From the IMG/VR virus record IMGVR_UViG_3300031215_000004: 32,602 bases of DNA; one strand, given 5' to 3'. This stretch comes from a virus. The notes under the pieces are model-generated. The model worked only from the letters and a program-made list of their open reading frames with translations, searched no databases and was not told the origin of the DNA. How positions within the stretch are numbered: the first letter of the stretch is position 1; each line of letters opens with the position of its first letter. Shown piece by piece: positions 14,070 through 22,009 of this stretch. The position numbers and the translations under genes were made by a program.

Positions 14070-16423
14070 TACGTATTTATCCTTTTTTTAATTGCCAGCA
14101 CCGTCATAGGTGATGGGTCATTTTGCGTAAGTGTTATTTGTGCGTCCTCATTCCAACCTGACCAACCCAATAAACGCTTAACGCCTGTGAATAAAGTGGG
14201 TGCTGTATCAAGAGGGCTGCCACCACCAGAAGGGCCAAAGCCTCTAAAAGATACAAGCTTACCGTTTATAACAATACCCGCTGTGTCTTTTAAGCGTAGG
14301 CTTATCTCTGAAATATTTGTTTTACGGCCCATGATTGTGGCTGACCCTTCAAATTGAGTTTCGGCAGGCAGGTCTGTCACAAGTGGGTTAAAGTTTAAGC
14401 CAATCTCAAAAGAGGTTGCAGCAACACGCTCAATGGTAACAGAGCCGCTGGCTGGTGTTTGGTTGCCCATCACAGAGTCGTCCGCCTTAACGCGGCACTC
14501 TTTACCCTCAAGGTGTGTGAGGCCCGTAAAGGTATCAGTGGCAGAGCCGGGCAATACACGTGTGCTGGCATCCATAAAGTGCTCATTATTAAAGCGCTCA
14601 ACAAAGTTTATGGTGTCGCCATCAATCTCACGCTCAACCACAAAATACATATCCTCAATGTCAACGCCACAGCTTTTAAAGTTGCCCTGTGTTGTAGATG
14701 ATACAAAGCTGGTAATACCTTGGCTGCGCAGAATATTTGCAAGGGTCAGTGTGCCATCACCACGCACAAGCAATAGGTATGCGCCCTCCTCTGTGCTGGT
14801 GGCTTTACGCAATGCAAAATCAACAGGGCCAGCAATTAAGTGCGAAGACAGCAGAGAAACAAAGTTATTGCTAAAGGCTTGCTGCGCATCATCATAAATA
14901 AATTCTTGTACGCTTGCGCCCTTGCGCTGTATGTACATCACGCCGCCCTCAATCTCTTGGGGTCTAAAGCCTTGCTCACTACCGATTGAGCTTTGGCGTA
15001 TCATTACAGCTGTCAGTGGTGTGATAGGGTCACCAAAGGTTTGCGGTATAATAAACTCGCCGCCACTGGTAAAGAACATAAGAGAGCGTCCGGGGTAGAT
15101 TGCCTCAATATCATCAAAGCCACCTGACAGCGGGCCAACCGCCTGGTCGTCAAGAGCGTCACCAAAATTAAAATTATAAAAGTCATTGACCACAGAGCCA
15201 TAACCAACAGAGGGCCGTGCTTTACCACCATCAGTCCATAAGCGCCCTTGATAAAAGCGCCCATGCCGTGGGTAACCGCGTGCAGCTGACCAAATAGGCT
15301 CGCGTAAAGACCAGTCAGTCGTGGTGCTTGTGCTGTCAAAATCACTCAATACATCGGCTGTGACGTTGTTGGTGTCAGTAAAAGCGGTGATACGGGCAGA
15401 GCCATCCCTGAAATGTACCGTCCAGCCAATCATTGAGGCTGTAAACACACCAGAGGTAATTGTGATTGTGCGCCCCTCACCTGTCACATTGTTGGTTTGC
15501 ATTGTGCCTGATACTGGCACTGCCCCAAAGTCATATGTGGGTGGGTTGGTGTAGTTTGCCTCACCTTTGACCCATACATCATTTGCACCATTACGGCGTA
15601 AGGTCTTTGTAATAAAATCACCATTGAAAATAAGCAGCGTATCTGCGTCAGATTCCCAATCGATGAAAGGTAGCACGGCGCTGGTCAGGTCTTCATGGTA
15701 AATGTCTATCAGGTAAGTTGTGCCTTGATATATGGCAATATTCTTATCACTCACCACCATCTTATAAGTCTGGTCAACATTAAACTCAAAATCAATGCAC
15801 CGTGTGTTACTTACGCCCGATTCGGTTGCAACGTCTAAACCTGTAAGAGTGGCCTTATCTGTACCCAAATCTGTTGTGCCTATGCGAATTAATCTCACAT
15901 ACCTGTACAATGAGCTGTGCACGCGCCGGGTAAAGTCTTTGGCTGTGGCAGCAACATCAATGGCCTCACCCATTGTAACCCAGTCAGAGTCGTTAATGCT
16001 GACCTGCAAGAAAAACTCACTTGAGGTGTTGGTGGTCAGAGCAAAGCCGTTAAGGTAAACCACACCAATATCTTGCGTGGCAATTAAATCATAATGAGCC
16101 ACAACGTAATTATCCGTGGTGCTTAAATCTGTTGTTGTGGTCAGGCTAGTTGCGCTGTCTTGGTCAGAAGCGTTGGCAGCTGTACCACCATTGGGCGCTG
16201 TCTCTGTGAGCGCTGCACCTGCAATTTTGGTTAATGAGCCACCAAGTACCCTGTCAATGTGTTCAAGGCCCGGACGGCGTTTAAAGCCCCCCTGTGGTAG
16301 CGTTAAAATATCACGCGCAGTGGCAAGAGCGCCATAATACTGGTCAATATCAGAGCGTGCCAACATTGCTGGATCAAGCTCACCCTGCGTAAATCTCTGC
16401 TGTAATGTGGTAAAACGTGGCAT
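14069..16423 (-). CDS. Tail tubular protein B (T7 gp12-like), 784 aa
   Basis: The N-terminus MPRFTTLQQRFTQGELDPAMLARSDIDQYYGALATARDILTLPQGGFKRRPG matches the gp12-family N-terminal pattern. Size and position fit. Confidence 0.85.
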   Translation of the reverse strand: MPRFTTLQQRFTQGELDPAMLARSDIDQYYGALATARDILTLPQGGFKRRPGLEHIDRVLGGSLTKIAGAALTETAPNGGTAANASDQDSATSLTTTTDLSTTDNYVVAHYDLIATQDIGVVYLNGFALTTNTSSEFFLQVSINDSDWVTMGEAIDVAATAKDFTRRVHSSLYRYVRLIRIGTTDLGTDKATLTGLDVATESGVSNTRCIDFEFNVDQTYKMVVSDKNIAIYQGTTYLIDIYHEDLTSAVLPFIDWESDADTLLIFNGDFITKTLRRNGANDVWVKGEANYTNPPTYDFGAVPVSGTMQTNNVTGEGRTITITSGVFTASMIGWTVHFRDGSARITAFTDTNNVTADVLSDFDSTSTTTDWSLREPIWSAARGYPRHGRFYQGRLWTDGGKARPSVGYGSVVNDFYNFNFGDALDDQAVGPLSGGFDDIEAIYPGRSLMFFTSGGEFIIPQTFGDPITPLTAVMIRQSSIGSEQGFRPQEIEGGVMYIQRKGASVQEFIYDDAQQAFSNNFVSLLSSHLIAGPVDFALRKATSTEEGAYLLLVRGDGTLTLANILRSQGITSFVSSTTQGNFKSCGVDIEDMYFVVEREIDGDTINFVERFNNEHFMDASTRVLPGSATDTFTGLTHLEGKECRVKADDSVMGNQTPASGSVTIERVAATSFEIGLNFNPLVTDLPAETQFEGSATIMGRKTNISEISLRLKDTAGIVINGKLVSFRGFGPSGGGSPLDTAPTLFTGVKRLLGWSGWNEDAQITLTQNDPSPMTVLAIKKRINT

Positions 16424-17040
16424 TAACTAAACCTTGCATCAATAAATGGGCTATCAAGCACTTGCTCTGGTGGTTTCTGTTGCGCATCAATACCAGTGGC
16501 AACGGCAAACTTGCCGCCTTTCTCACCTTGGTCTGGTGTGCCCCAAGCGAGTCGGTGCATCTTTGTAGTCAAATCATCATCATCAGTAACAGGGCCAGCC
16601 ACCAGCGCAGCGTATGCGTGAATAGCAAAATGGGTAAAATAACCGGGCCAGTTTGATTCGGCAGTATAAACGGTGTACTCCATCCAAATCTTTTCATTAT
16701 TACTGTGCACCTCACGCCCGCCATTAGGCGCTGCAATGTCAAAGCTATTGATAGGTTTAGCACCTACCGCACCGCTGTTATATACGGCCCATACACGCAA
16801 GCACTCTGCTGGTATAATGTGCGCATACTTATATTCATTCAATGGGGAATCTGTGCCACTTAGCATACGTTTTTTTGTGGCGAACGACCAAGGGTAACGG
16901 GTCAAAATATCTTGTGCAAAATCAGGGTAATAAAGCTTTGAAATATCAGCCTCATTTGTACCATCATCAAAGCTGCCTATGGTGTCTGCACGCAAAAGGC
17001 CCAAGCCTTGTGAGGCAATATCTATATCACTACTGACCAT
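16423..17040 (-). CDS. Tail tubular protein A (T7 gp11-like), 205 aa
   Basis: DIASQGLGLLRADTIGSFDDGTNEADISKLYYPDFAQDILTRYPWSFA fits the gp11-family pattern. Size and position are upstream of the gp12-like gene. GGAGGG RBS. Confidence 0.8.
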   Translation of the reverse strand: MVSSDIDIASQGLGLLRADTIGSFDDGTNEADISKLYYPDFAQDILTRYPWSFATKKRMLSGTDSPLNEYKYAHIIPAECLRVWAVYNSGAVGAKPINSFDIAAPNGGREVHSNNEKIWMEYTVYTAESNWPGYFTHFAIHAYAALVAGPVTDDDDLTTKMHRLAWGTPDQGEKGGKFAVATGIDAQQKPPEQVLDSPFIDARFS

Positions 17041-17065
17041 AAGGCCCTCCGTTGTTTAATAAAAT

Positions 17066-17104
17066 AAAAAGGGGCAGGGCCATAAAGCACCCGCCCCCTT
17101 TTAT
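17066..17104. terminator. Strong intrinsic terminator (bidirectional shape) downstream of the capsid gene pair
   Basis: aaaaaGGGGCaGGGccataaagcaCCCGCCCCcttttat: an 8-bp GC stem with one bulge, flanked by an A-run and a T-run. Confidence 0.7.
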
Positions 17105-17126
17105 AAAGCGTTTAAAGCTCTGGGGC

Positions 17127-17435
17127 TTAATCAGTATCAGTTACAGATACGACTGTGCCGTCAGCAACATCAACAACACCAGCAGCATTTGCGTTCACGT
17201 AGAACAAAGCCGGGGCTGGTGTTCCATCAGTGTCACAAACACCATAAATGAGGTCACCCACATTTAAATGCTTTGACGCACCGTTAAAGTAACCAGCTGA
17301 ATTAACAGCAGCCAGAGTGTCATTAGTGGCAAAAGACCACACAGACGGTGCACCTTTTAAGATAGCTGTACCAAACCCTGTAAGGGGCTTAGACGTATTA
17401 CCTACGGGCGCAAAGTTAGCAATTGAAAAAGTCAT
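17127..17435 (-). CDS. Small capsid-adjacent protein (possible decoration or minor head protein), 102 aa
   Basis: AAGGAG RBS. Immediately downstream of the major capsid gene and bracketed by hairpin terminators. Beta-rich sequence (SVWSFATNDTLAAVNSAGYFNGASKHLNVGDLIYGV). Confidence 0.7.
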   Translation of the reverse strand: MTFSIANFAPVGNTSKPLTGFGTAILKGAPSVWSFATNDTLAAVNSAGYFNGASKHLNVGDLIYGVCDTDGTPAPALFYVNANAAGVVDVADGTVVSVTDTD

Positions 17436-17460
17436 TTTTGTCTCCTTATATAACTTTTAT

Positions 17461-17490
17461 TAAAAGAAAGGTGGGGGCGCTAACCCCCGC
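17461..17490 (-). terminator. Candidate leaky intrinsic terminator just after the major capsid gene
   Basis: On the - strand: GCGGGGGttagcgCCCCCAC followed by ctttctttta. A 7-bp stem including one G.U pair, with a T-rich tail. Confidence 0.45.
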
Positions 17491-17495
17491 CCAGA

Positions 17496-18338
17496 TTACG
17501 CCTCGTGCGTTAGAACTTCATACACGCCGTTATCATCAATCACAACCGCACCAGCGCTAAAGATAGCGTTGACAAGTGTGCTTGTTTTTTCAGCAATGTA
17601 ATTAATCTCTGTACGCAAGTCGATACCCACAGCCAAACCAACCGCATCTTGGTGAAACGCAAAGTTTGTACGCGTGTTGCTGGTAACGTCTAAGCCACCC
17701 TCGTCACGTGTCTCAATCATGTGAAACTTAAAACTAGAAAAGTCATTAAGCTCACCTTTCATGAGTGGCATCAAGATATTGTAATCAGCACTGCTAATTT
17801 CAGTCTCTTGTAAGCCCTGCTCAACCGCTGTCGCACTAATAGCCATGTGACGGCGACCATCGTTAGGCACACCAGCATCATCCATAAGTGCCTTGGCACG
17901 TAAGATTTTTGCAAGGTTAAGACCTGTGTCAGCACCACCAATAGATTTGGCAACTGTGGTGCTGTTTGCACCTGTTGATAAACCGTCAAGGATTAGCTGG
18001 TCAAGTCGTCTGCCCATTGCCATTGTTGCTGTATCAACAAGCTCTTGGCGCTCATCAAAATTCAACTTAGAAAGGTCATACACGTCAGAGTAATCTGCCG
18101 CATTCCAATCTTCAATGGTTGCTGTCGCCTTGCCTTGGCCTACATTCATAGGCGTTACGTCAGTTTGTGGGATTCGGGGTGTTGCTACACCCTTATTGAT
18201 AATAGGGAATTCGTGACTAGAGCCTTTGACTCCAGTTTTCACACGTACTGCCCCGCGTAGTTTCATTTTGCCCTGATACTGCTTTTTTACCAGCGTATCA
18301 AATGACGTAATGAAGTTAGTAGATGCACCTGTTGACAT
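17496..18338 (-). CDS. Major capsid protein (HK97-fold, podovirus type), 280 aa
   Basis: GGAG RBS. FDTLVKKQYQGKMKLRGAVRVKTGVKGSSHEFPIINKGVATPR...NFDERQELVDTATMAMGRRLDQLILDG follows the capsid-family pattern. Positioned after the scaffold gene. Confidence 0.9.
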   Translation of the reverse strand: MSTGASTNFITSFDTLVKKQYQGKMKLRGAVRVKTGVKGSSHEFPIINKGVATPRIPQTDVTPMNVGQGKATATIEDWNAADYSDVYDLSKLNFDERQELVDTATMAMGRRLDQLILDGLSTGANSTTVAKSIGGADTGLNLAKILRAKALMDDAGVPNDGRRHMAISATAVEQGLQETEISSADYNILMPLMKGELNDFSSFKFHMIETRDEGGLDVTSNTRTNFAFHQDAVGLAVGIDLRTEINYIAEKTSTLVNAIFSAGAVVIDDNGVYEVLTHEA

Positions 18339-18461
18339 TGCATTTCTCCATATTTGTTAAGTTAAAAGGTCATATTGATATATGTGATAGGGCCACTTAC
18401 TTTGATTGAGGGCTGTGTTGCACAGTAGGGCCTCTGGGTACGCGGGTCACGTCATAGGTCT

Positions 18462-18490
18462 ATAATGCCAAAAAAGGCAGAACTTTGCAA
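18462..18490 (-). promoter_or_regulatory. Candidate sigma70-type promoter for the capsid gene (TTGCAA-N17-CATTAT on the - strand)
   Basis: Located in the unusually long 186-bp scaffold/capsid intergenic region. Hexamers read by eye, with no experimental support. Confidence 0.3.
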
Positions 18491-18524
18491 GCCCCGCCTT
18501 TCATTGGTGTACACAGTTAATACT

Positions 18525-19445
18525 CTAAAACTGTAAATTATCAGGTCTGCCAGCTGCACGGCGCTTATCAAGCAGCTCATCAGTCTTGCGTATCTTAGCT
18601 GCGTCTTTGCTTGCATAAGCTTTATCAATCATGTCAGCAATCTCTGCATCAGGTGGTAAACCATCATCGCCTGTATCAATGGGAATCGAATTACCGCCCA
18701 TGCTGCCACGAATCTCATTTAAGAATCGCACCATATTGGCTGAAACTAAACCCTCATCGGTCATGGTTTTAAGGCTGGCCTCTGAAATACGGCCCTCTGC
18801 AAGCATTTCTTTGCCCCAACTTTCAACCGCACGCAGCACTTGTGGCCCGTTTGGCCCTATGGCTTTAATCTCATCTTGCACACGTTGCTTGCTTGCTGCC
18901 TCTGCTGCCTCAATCTGCTCTGGTGTTTGCTCACCTGCTTCTCCTGCAATGGCAACCAAGTCCTCAATCATACCGCCCATGAAGCCCTGAAAGGCATCTT
19001 GTGAAATACCAAGCTCATGTGCACGCTTTTGGGCGGCTGCAAGTGTTTTATCACCCTCTGCCATTTGCGATGCAATCTCTTCTGGTAATTCAAGCTTGTA
19101 ATCTTCTGGCTTTGCAGGTGGCTTGTGGTCACCCTTACCCATTTTACTGCGCAAGTCTTTTGCAATTTTCTCTTGCTTCTGGCGGTCTTCATACAAGGCT
19201 TGAGCATTAACTGTTTTGTTTTCAGCGTCCCAAAACTCATCGGGGAATCCTTCTGGCTTTTCTTCACCAGTAAAATCAAACTTTACCCCGTCACCGTCTT
19301 CAAGGGCCTTGAGCATAGAGTCGCTGCTGCCACCATCATCACCGCTGTCACCGTTATCATCACCGCCCGTGTCGGTGTTTTGGTCATCAGCACCAGTGTC
19401 TGCATTATCGTCAGCACCAATGTCTGCGTTATCATCTTCACCCAT
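18525..19445 (-). CDS. Capsid assembly scaffolding protein with an acidic repeat N-terminus, 306 aa
   Basis: AAGGAG RBS. PEDYKLELPEEIA...AQKRAHELGISQDAFQGFMGG is typical of podovirus scaffolds. Positioned directly upstream of the major capsid gene. Confidence 0.8.
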   Translation of the reverse strand: MGEDDNADIGADDNADTGADDQNTDTGGDDNGDSGDDGGSSDSMLKALEDGDGVKFDFTGEEKPEGFPDEFWDAENKTVNAQALYEDRQKQEKIAKDLRSKMGKGDHKPPAKPEDYKLELPEEIASQMAEGDKTLAAAQKRAHELGISQDAFQGFMGGMIEDLVAIAGEAGEQTPEQIEAAEAASKQRVQDEIKAIGPNGPQVLRAVESWGKEMLAEGRISEASLKTMTDEGLVSANMVRFLNEIRGSMGGNSIPIDTGDDGLPPDAEIADMIDKAYASKDAAKIRKTDELLDKRRAAGRPDNLQF

Positions 19446-19455
19446 AGTCTTCTCC

Positions 19456-19842
19456 TTATATTTGGTTTACAGTACCAGTTTGGTTAATCATTGCAGTAAA
19501 ATCCTCAATGGTCTTACACTTATAAGCAATCTCAATGCAAAGCTCAATATCACGTACAAAGGCATTTTGCCCTTCACGTGCGTATGCGTGCGCGTTGGCG
19601 GCTTCCATACCCGACTCCCGCGCTAAAGCAGGCGACCAGGCGCTTGCCTCAATAGTGTTTTCACGCCATGCCTTGAGCACAGCCTTACCTTTTTCGCCCT
19701 TAAATATGGTTGCCATGTCACAGCAGTATTTATAACGGGCCAATGCGCCAGCTTCAAAGGCTTCTGTCGCTGGGTCTGTTGTCTCATCACTGTTGGCTGG
19801 TGTTACCCCCAAAGGGGTCATGTATGCGGATTCCCAAGTCAT
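19456..19842 (-). CDS. Hypothetical protein, 128 aa
   Basis: ATG with AAGGAA RBS. ORF in line with the operon. No recognisable motif. Confidence 0.7.
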   Translation of the reverse strand: MTWESAYMTPLGVTPANSDETTDPATEAFEAGALARYKYCCDMATIFKGEKGKAVLKAWRENTIEASAWSPALARESGMEAANAHAYAREGQNAFVRDIELCIEIAYKCKTIEDFTAMINQTGTVNQI

Positions 19843-19865
19843 GTGCTATTCCTTTTGTTGTGCCT

Positions 19866-20060
19866 TTAATCAAGTAATACAAGCAAGCGGGCCAGCGCCT
19901 CATTGCGTTTTTTCTTCTTTTTTAAGTCTATCAGAAATTGACGCACCCACCAAGGAGTCCCGTGCGGTTTCTGTACAGGTGTGGGGTCTGGTGTTGTACC
20001 ACCACCGCCCCATGAATTGCCCCAAGCATCACCAAAACTTAAACCCCATGCACTAGCCAT
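19866..20060 (-). CDS. Small Trp/Gly-rich protein with a poly-Lys tract, 64 aa (MASAWGLSFGDAWGNSWGGGG...DLKKKKKRNEALARLLVLLD)
   Basis: The ATG at 20060 forms a TAATG overlap with the upstream stop. The ORF track extends it to an upstream alternative start (20075). Confidence 0.6.
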   Translation of the reverse strand: MASAWGLSFGDAWGNSWGGGGTTPDPTPVQKPHGTPWWVRQFLIDLKKKKKRNEALARLLVLLD

Positions 20061-20965
20061 TAATCCTCGCCCCATGGGTCAGCATCTGTACCCACACCCG
20101 TCACAGTCACATCATTAACCGATTGCATATTTGCATCAAGCTCGTTGGCTTTGGTAAAGGTCAGGTCGTCAGTCTTGGCTTTAATGGCTGCAATATCACC
20201 ATTGGCAGGCGCTGTGTAAGAGGCAGCAAGCATAGCGTTATTTGTGCCCACCATGTCTGTATTGGTTGTGGTTGTATCAACAAGCGTGACGTTTGCAACA
20301 GTATCATTTTGCGCATCAAAGAAAGGATAAGGCATAATGACGTATTGGTCAGACGACTGCACTGCTGCTGGCAATGGCTTGTCAAAAGTTACTGTGTTTG
20401 TTGCTGCATCGAAATCTTTAATAACACGGCCAAGGCCAATGTTTGTTCCTGAACGCCAAAGACACAACATTCCGTTCCAATAATCATCAGCTTGCGTTAA
20501 AGCGTTATCAATCATAGTTGTCGCACTGCCCCCGCTATCTGCTGTGCCATCTGTAAAACTTCGCGCCCATCGGTCAATATTATCGGCGCCAGTTGTTCCG
20601 CCGCTGATGCGCTCAAGATTAACATCAACCGTATCTGCATTTGTAAACGATAATTGGCCTGCTTCTGTCTGAACATTCACCAAAACGTCATGCCATTCAG
20701 CACCAGAGGCATCAGAACAAATGATTGTCACGCTGTCAGCATTCATTTCATTCGCGGATAAAACAATCTGAACCATCTTTCCGCCTGCTGGTGTGATTGT
20801 TGGAAGCGTTGCAAGATTCGCCAATGCGCCACCATCTTTTGAAACTTTAAAGTCACCTGACGCCAGCGTTGGATTTGTTTGGAATGAACCAGACGATGCA
20901 ACAGACGGCAGGCCAATGTATAGCGTATGTGATGTGTTTTTAATTGCGGGTGATTGCTGTGCCAT
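20060..20965 (-). CDS. Hypothetical (probably virion-associated) protein, 301 aa
   Basis: AGGAAG RBS. Beta-rich, Thr/Asp/Ala-rich. Lies within the morphogenesis operon. Confidence 0.7.
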   Translation of the reverse strand: MAQQSPAIKNTSHTLYIGLPSVASSGSFQTNPTLASGDFKVSKDGGALANLATLPTITPAGGKMVQIVLSANEMNADSVTIICSDASGAEWHDVLVNVQTEAGQLSFTNADTVDVNLERISGGTTGADNIDRWARSFTDGTADSGGSATTMIDNALTQADDYWNGMLCLWRSGTNIGLGRVIKDFDAATNTVTFDKPLPAAVQSSDQYVIMPYPFFDAQNDTVANVTLVDTTTTNTDMVGTNNAMLAASYTAPANGDIAAIKAKTDDLTFTKANELDANMQSVNDVTVTGVGTDADPWGED

Positions 20966-20972
20966 GTGCTTC

Positions 20973-21506
20973 CTATGTCAGTTTTTTGATTGTTAGGGTG
21001 CTCTCGCCAGCTGCCATAGATGCGTTCGTTGCCGTGGTTGAACTTTCATTCCCTAGAGGCACGGTCAACACCAAGTCAGCCCCATCACGCTGAACCAAGA
21101 ACGAGGCAATGTGCGTTGAACTTTCGTCGTGTGAATTAGCCGATCGTATGTAACCAGTGGCAGGCCTAACGGGTTGCAACACACCTCCCAAGGTAAACCG
21201 CGCACTGACCGATGAACGCCCTCCCGCCGTGGCTTGAATATAAGTATTGTGGCTTAAATCATAAATTCCATCTTCTGATAAGGTTATAGTTAGCCCGTCA
21301 GGGGAAAGAGCGAACCATGAGGGCGTTCCCCCAACAGTAGGGGTAGAGTATTTCACCCTATGTGTGCCGTTATGAGCTTGGTTGCCCGGAATTGTTGAGG
21401 CTGATCGCGCCAAACAGTTAAGCATTACCGCCTCAATACCACCGCCACCTGCTGCGTCTGCACCGTCAGCGCCTTTTAAACCCGGTGTTTGTACTGTCAT
21501 GCTCAT
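20973..21506 (-). CDS. Hypothetical protein with a short Gly-X-Y/Gly-rich N-terminus and a beta-rich C-terminal domain (fibre-knob or C1q/TNF-like by eye)
   Basis: GLKGADGADAAGGGG, then ...DGIYDLSHNTYIQATAGGRSSVSARFTLGG...THIASFLVQRDGADLVLTV. ATGA overlap with the upstream gene. Confidence 0.65.
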   Translation of the reverse strand: MSMTVQTPGLKGADGADAAGGGGIEAVMLNCLARSASTIPGNQAHNGTHRVKYSTPTVGGTPSWFALSPDGLTITLSEDGIYDLSHNTYIQATAGGRSSVSARFTLGGVLQPVRPATGYIRSANSHDESSTHIASFLVQRDGADLVLTVPLGNESSTTATNASMAAGESTLTIKKLT

Positions 21507-22009
21507 TGTGTGCGCACCCCTATTGGCATCCCATCAGCGTCAAACTCAATAACCTTGGGGCTTTGTAACACACCAAGCACGTGGCTCATTGTCTCATTAA
21601 GGTTGACTAAAGAGCCTTGCATTGTGGCTAGGCGGTCAATTTTCTCACCAAGCTGGGTGATTCCTTCAATCATTTCAGCGCCATGAGATACTTTAAGGCG
21701 GTTGCTTGCATCATCAATAGCGCTTTGCACACGCTTATCTGCGCTGTCCATACTATCTGTAATCTGCTTTATGTTGTCTGTGTTGGCTGCATTAAGCTCT
21801 GCGATTCTTTTATCAGTGTCAGATTTGGTTTTATTGATTAACTCAAGCGCTGTGGCCTTTTGCTCATCCAATAATTTACTAGGGTCAATAGCCAGTACAC
21901 GTGTGCGCAGCTCTTCAAGCTCTTGTATCAAGCCATCCATTTCACTAGGCCCTTGGTTGGCCCGGCGCTCTTCTAATAACTCTGCTATGGATTTACTGTT
22001 GTTGCCCAC
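21503..22009 (-). CDS. Coiled-coil protein, 168 aa
   Basis: The ORF-track start at 22009 is a GTG overlapping the portal stop by 17 nt. The first in-frame ATG is 23 codons downstream. Helical, charged sequence. Confidence 0.65.
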   Translation of the reverse strand: MGNNSKSIAELLEERRANQGPSEMDGLIQELEELRTRVLAIDPSKLLDEQKATALELINKTKSDTDKRIAELNAANTDNIKQITDSMDSADKRVQSAIDDASNRLKVSHGAEMIEGITQLGEKIDRLATMQGSLVNLNETMSHVLGVLQSPKVIEFDADGMPIGVRTQ

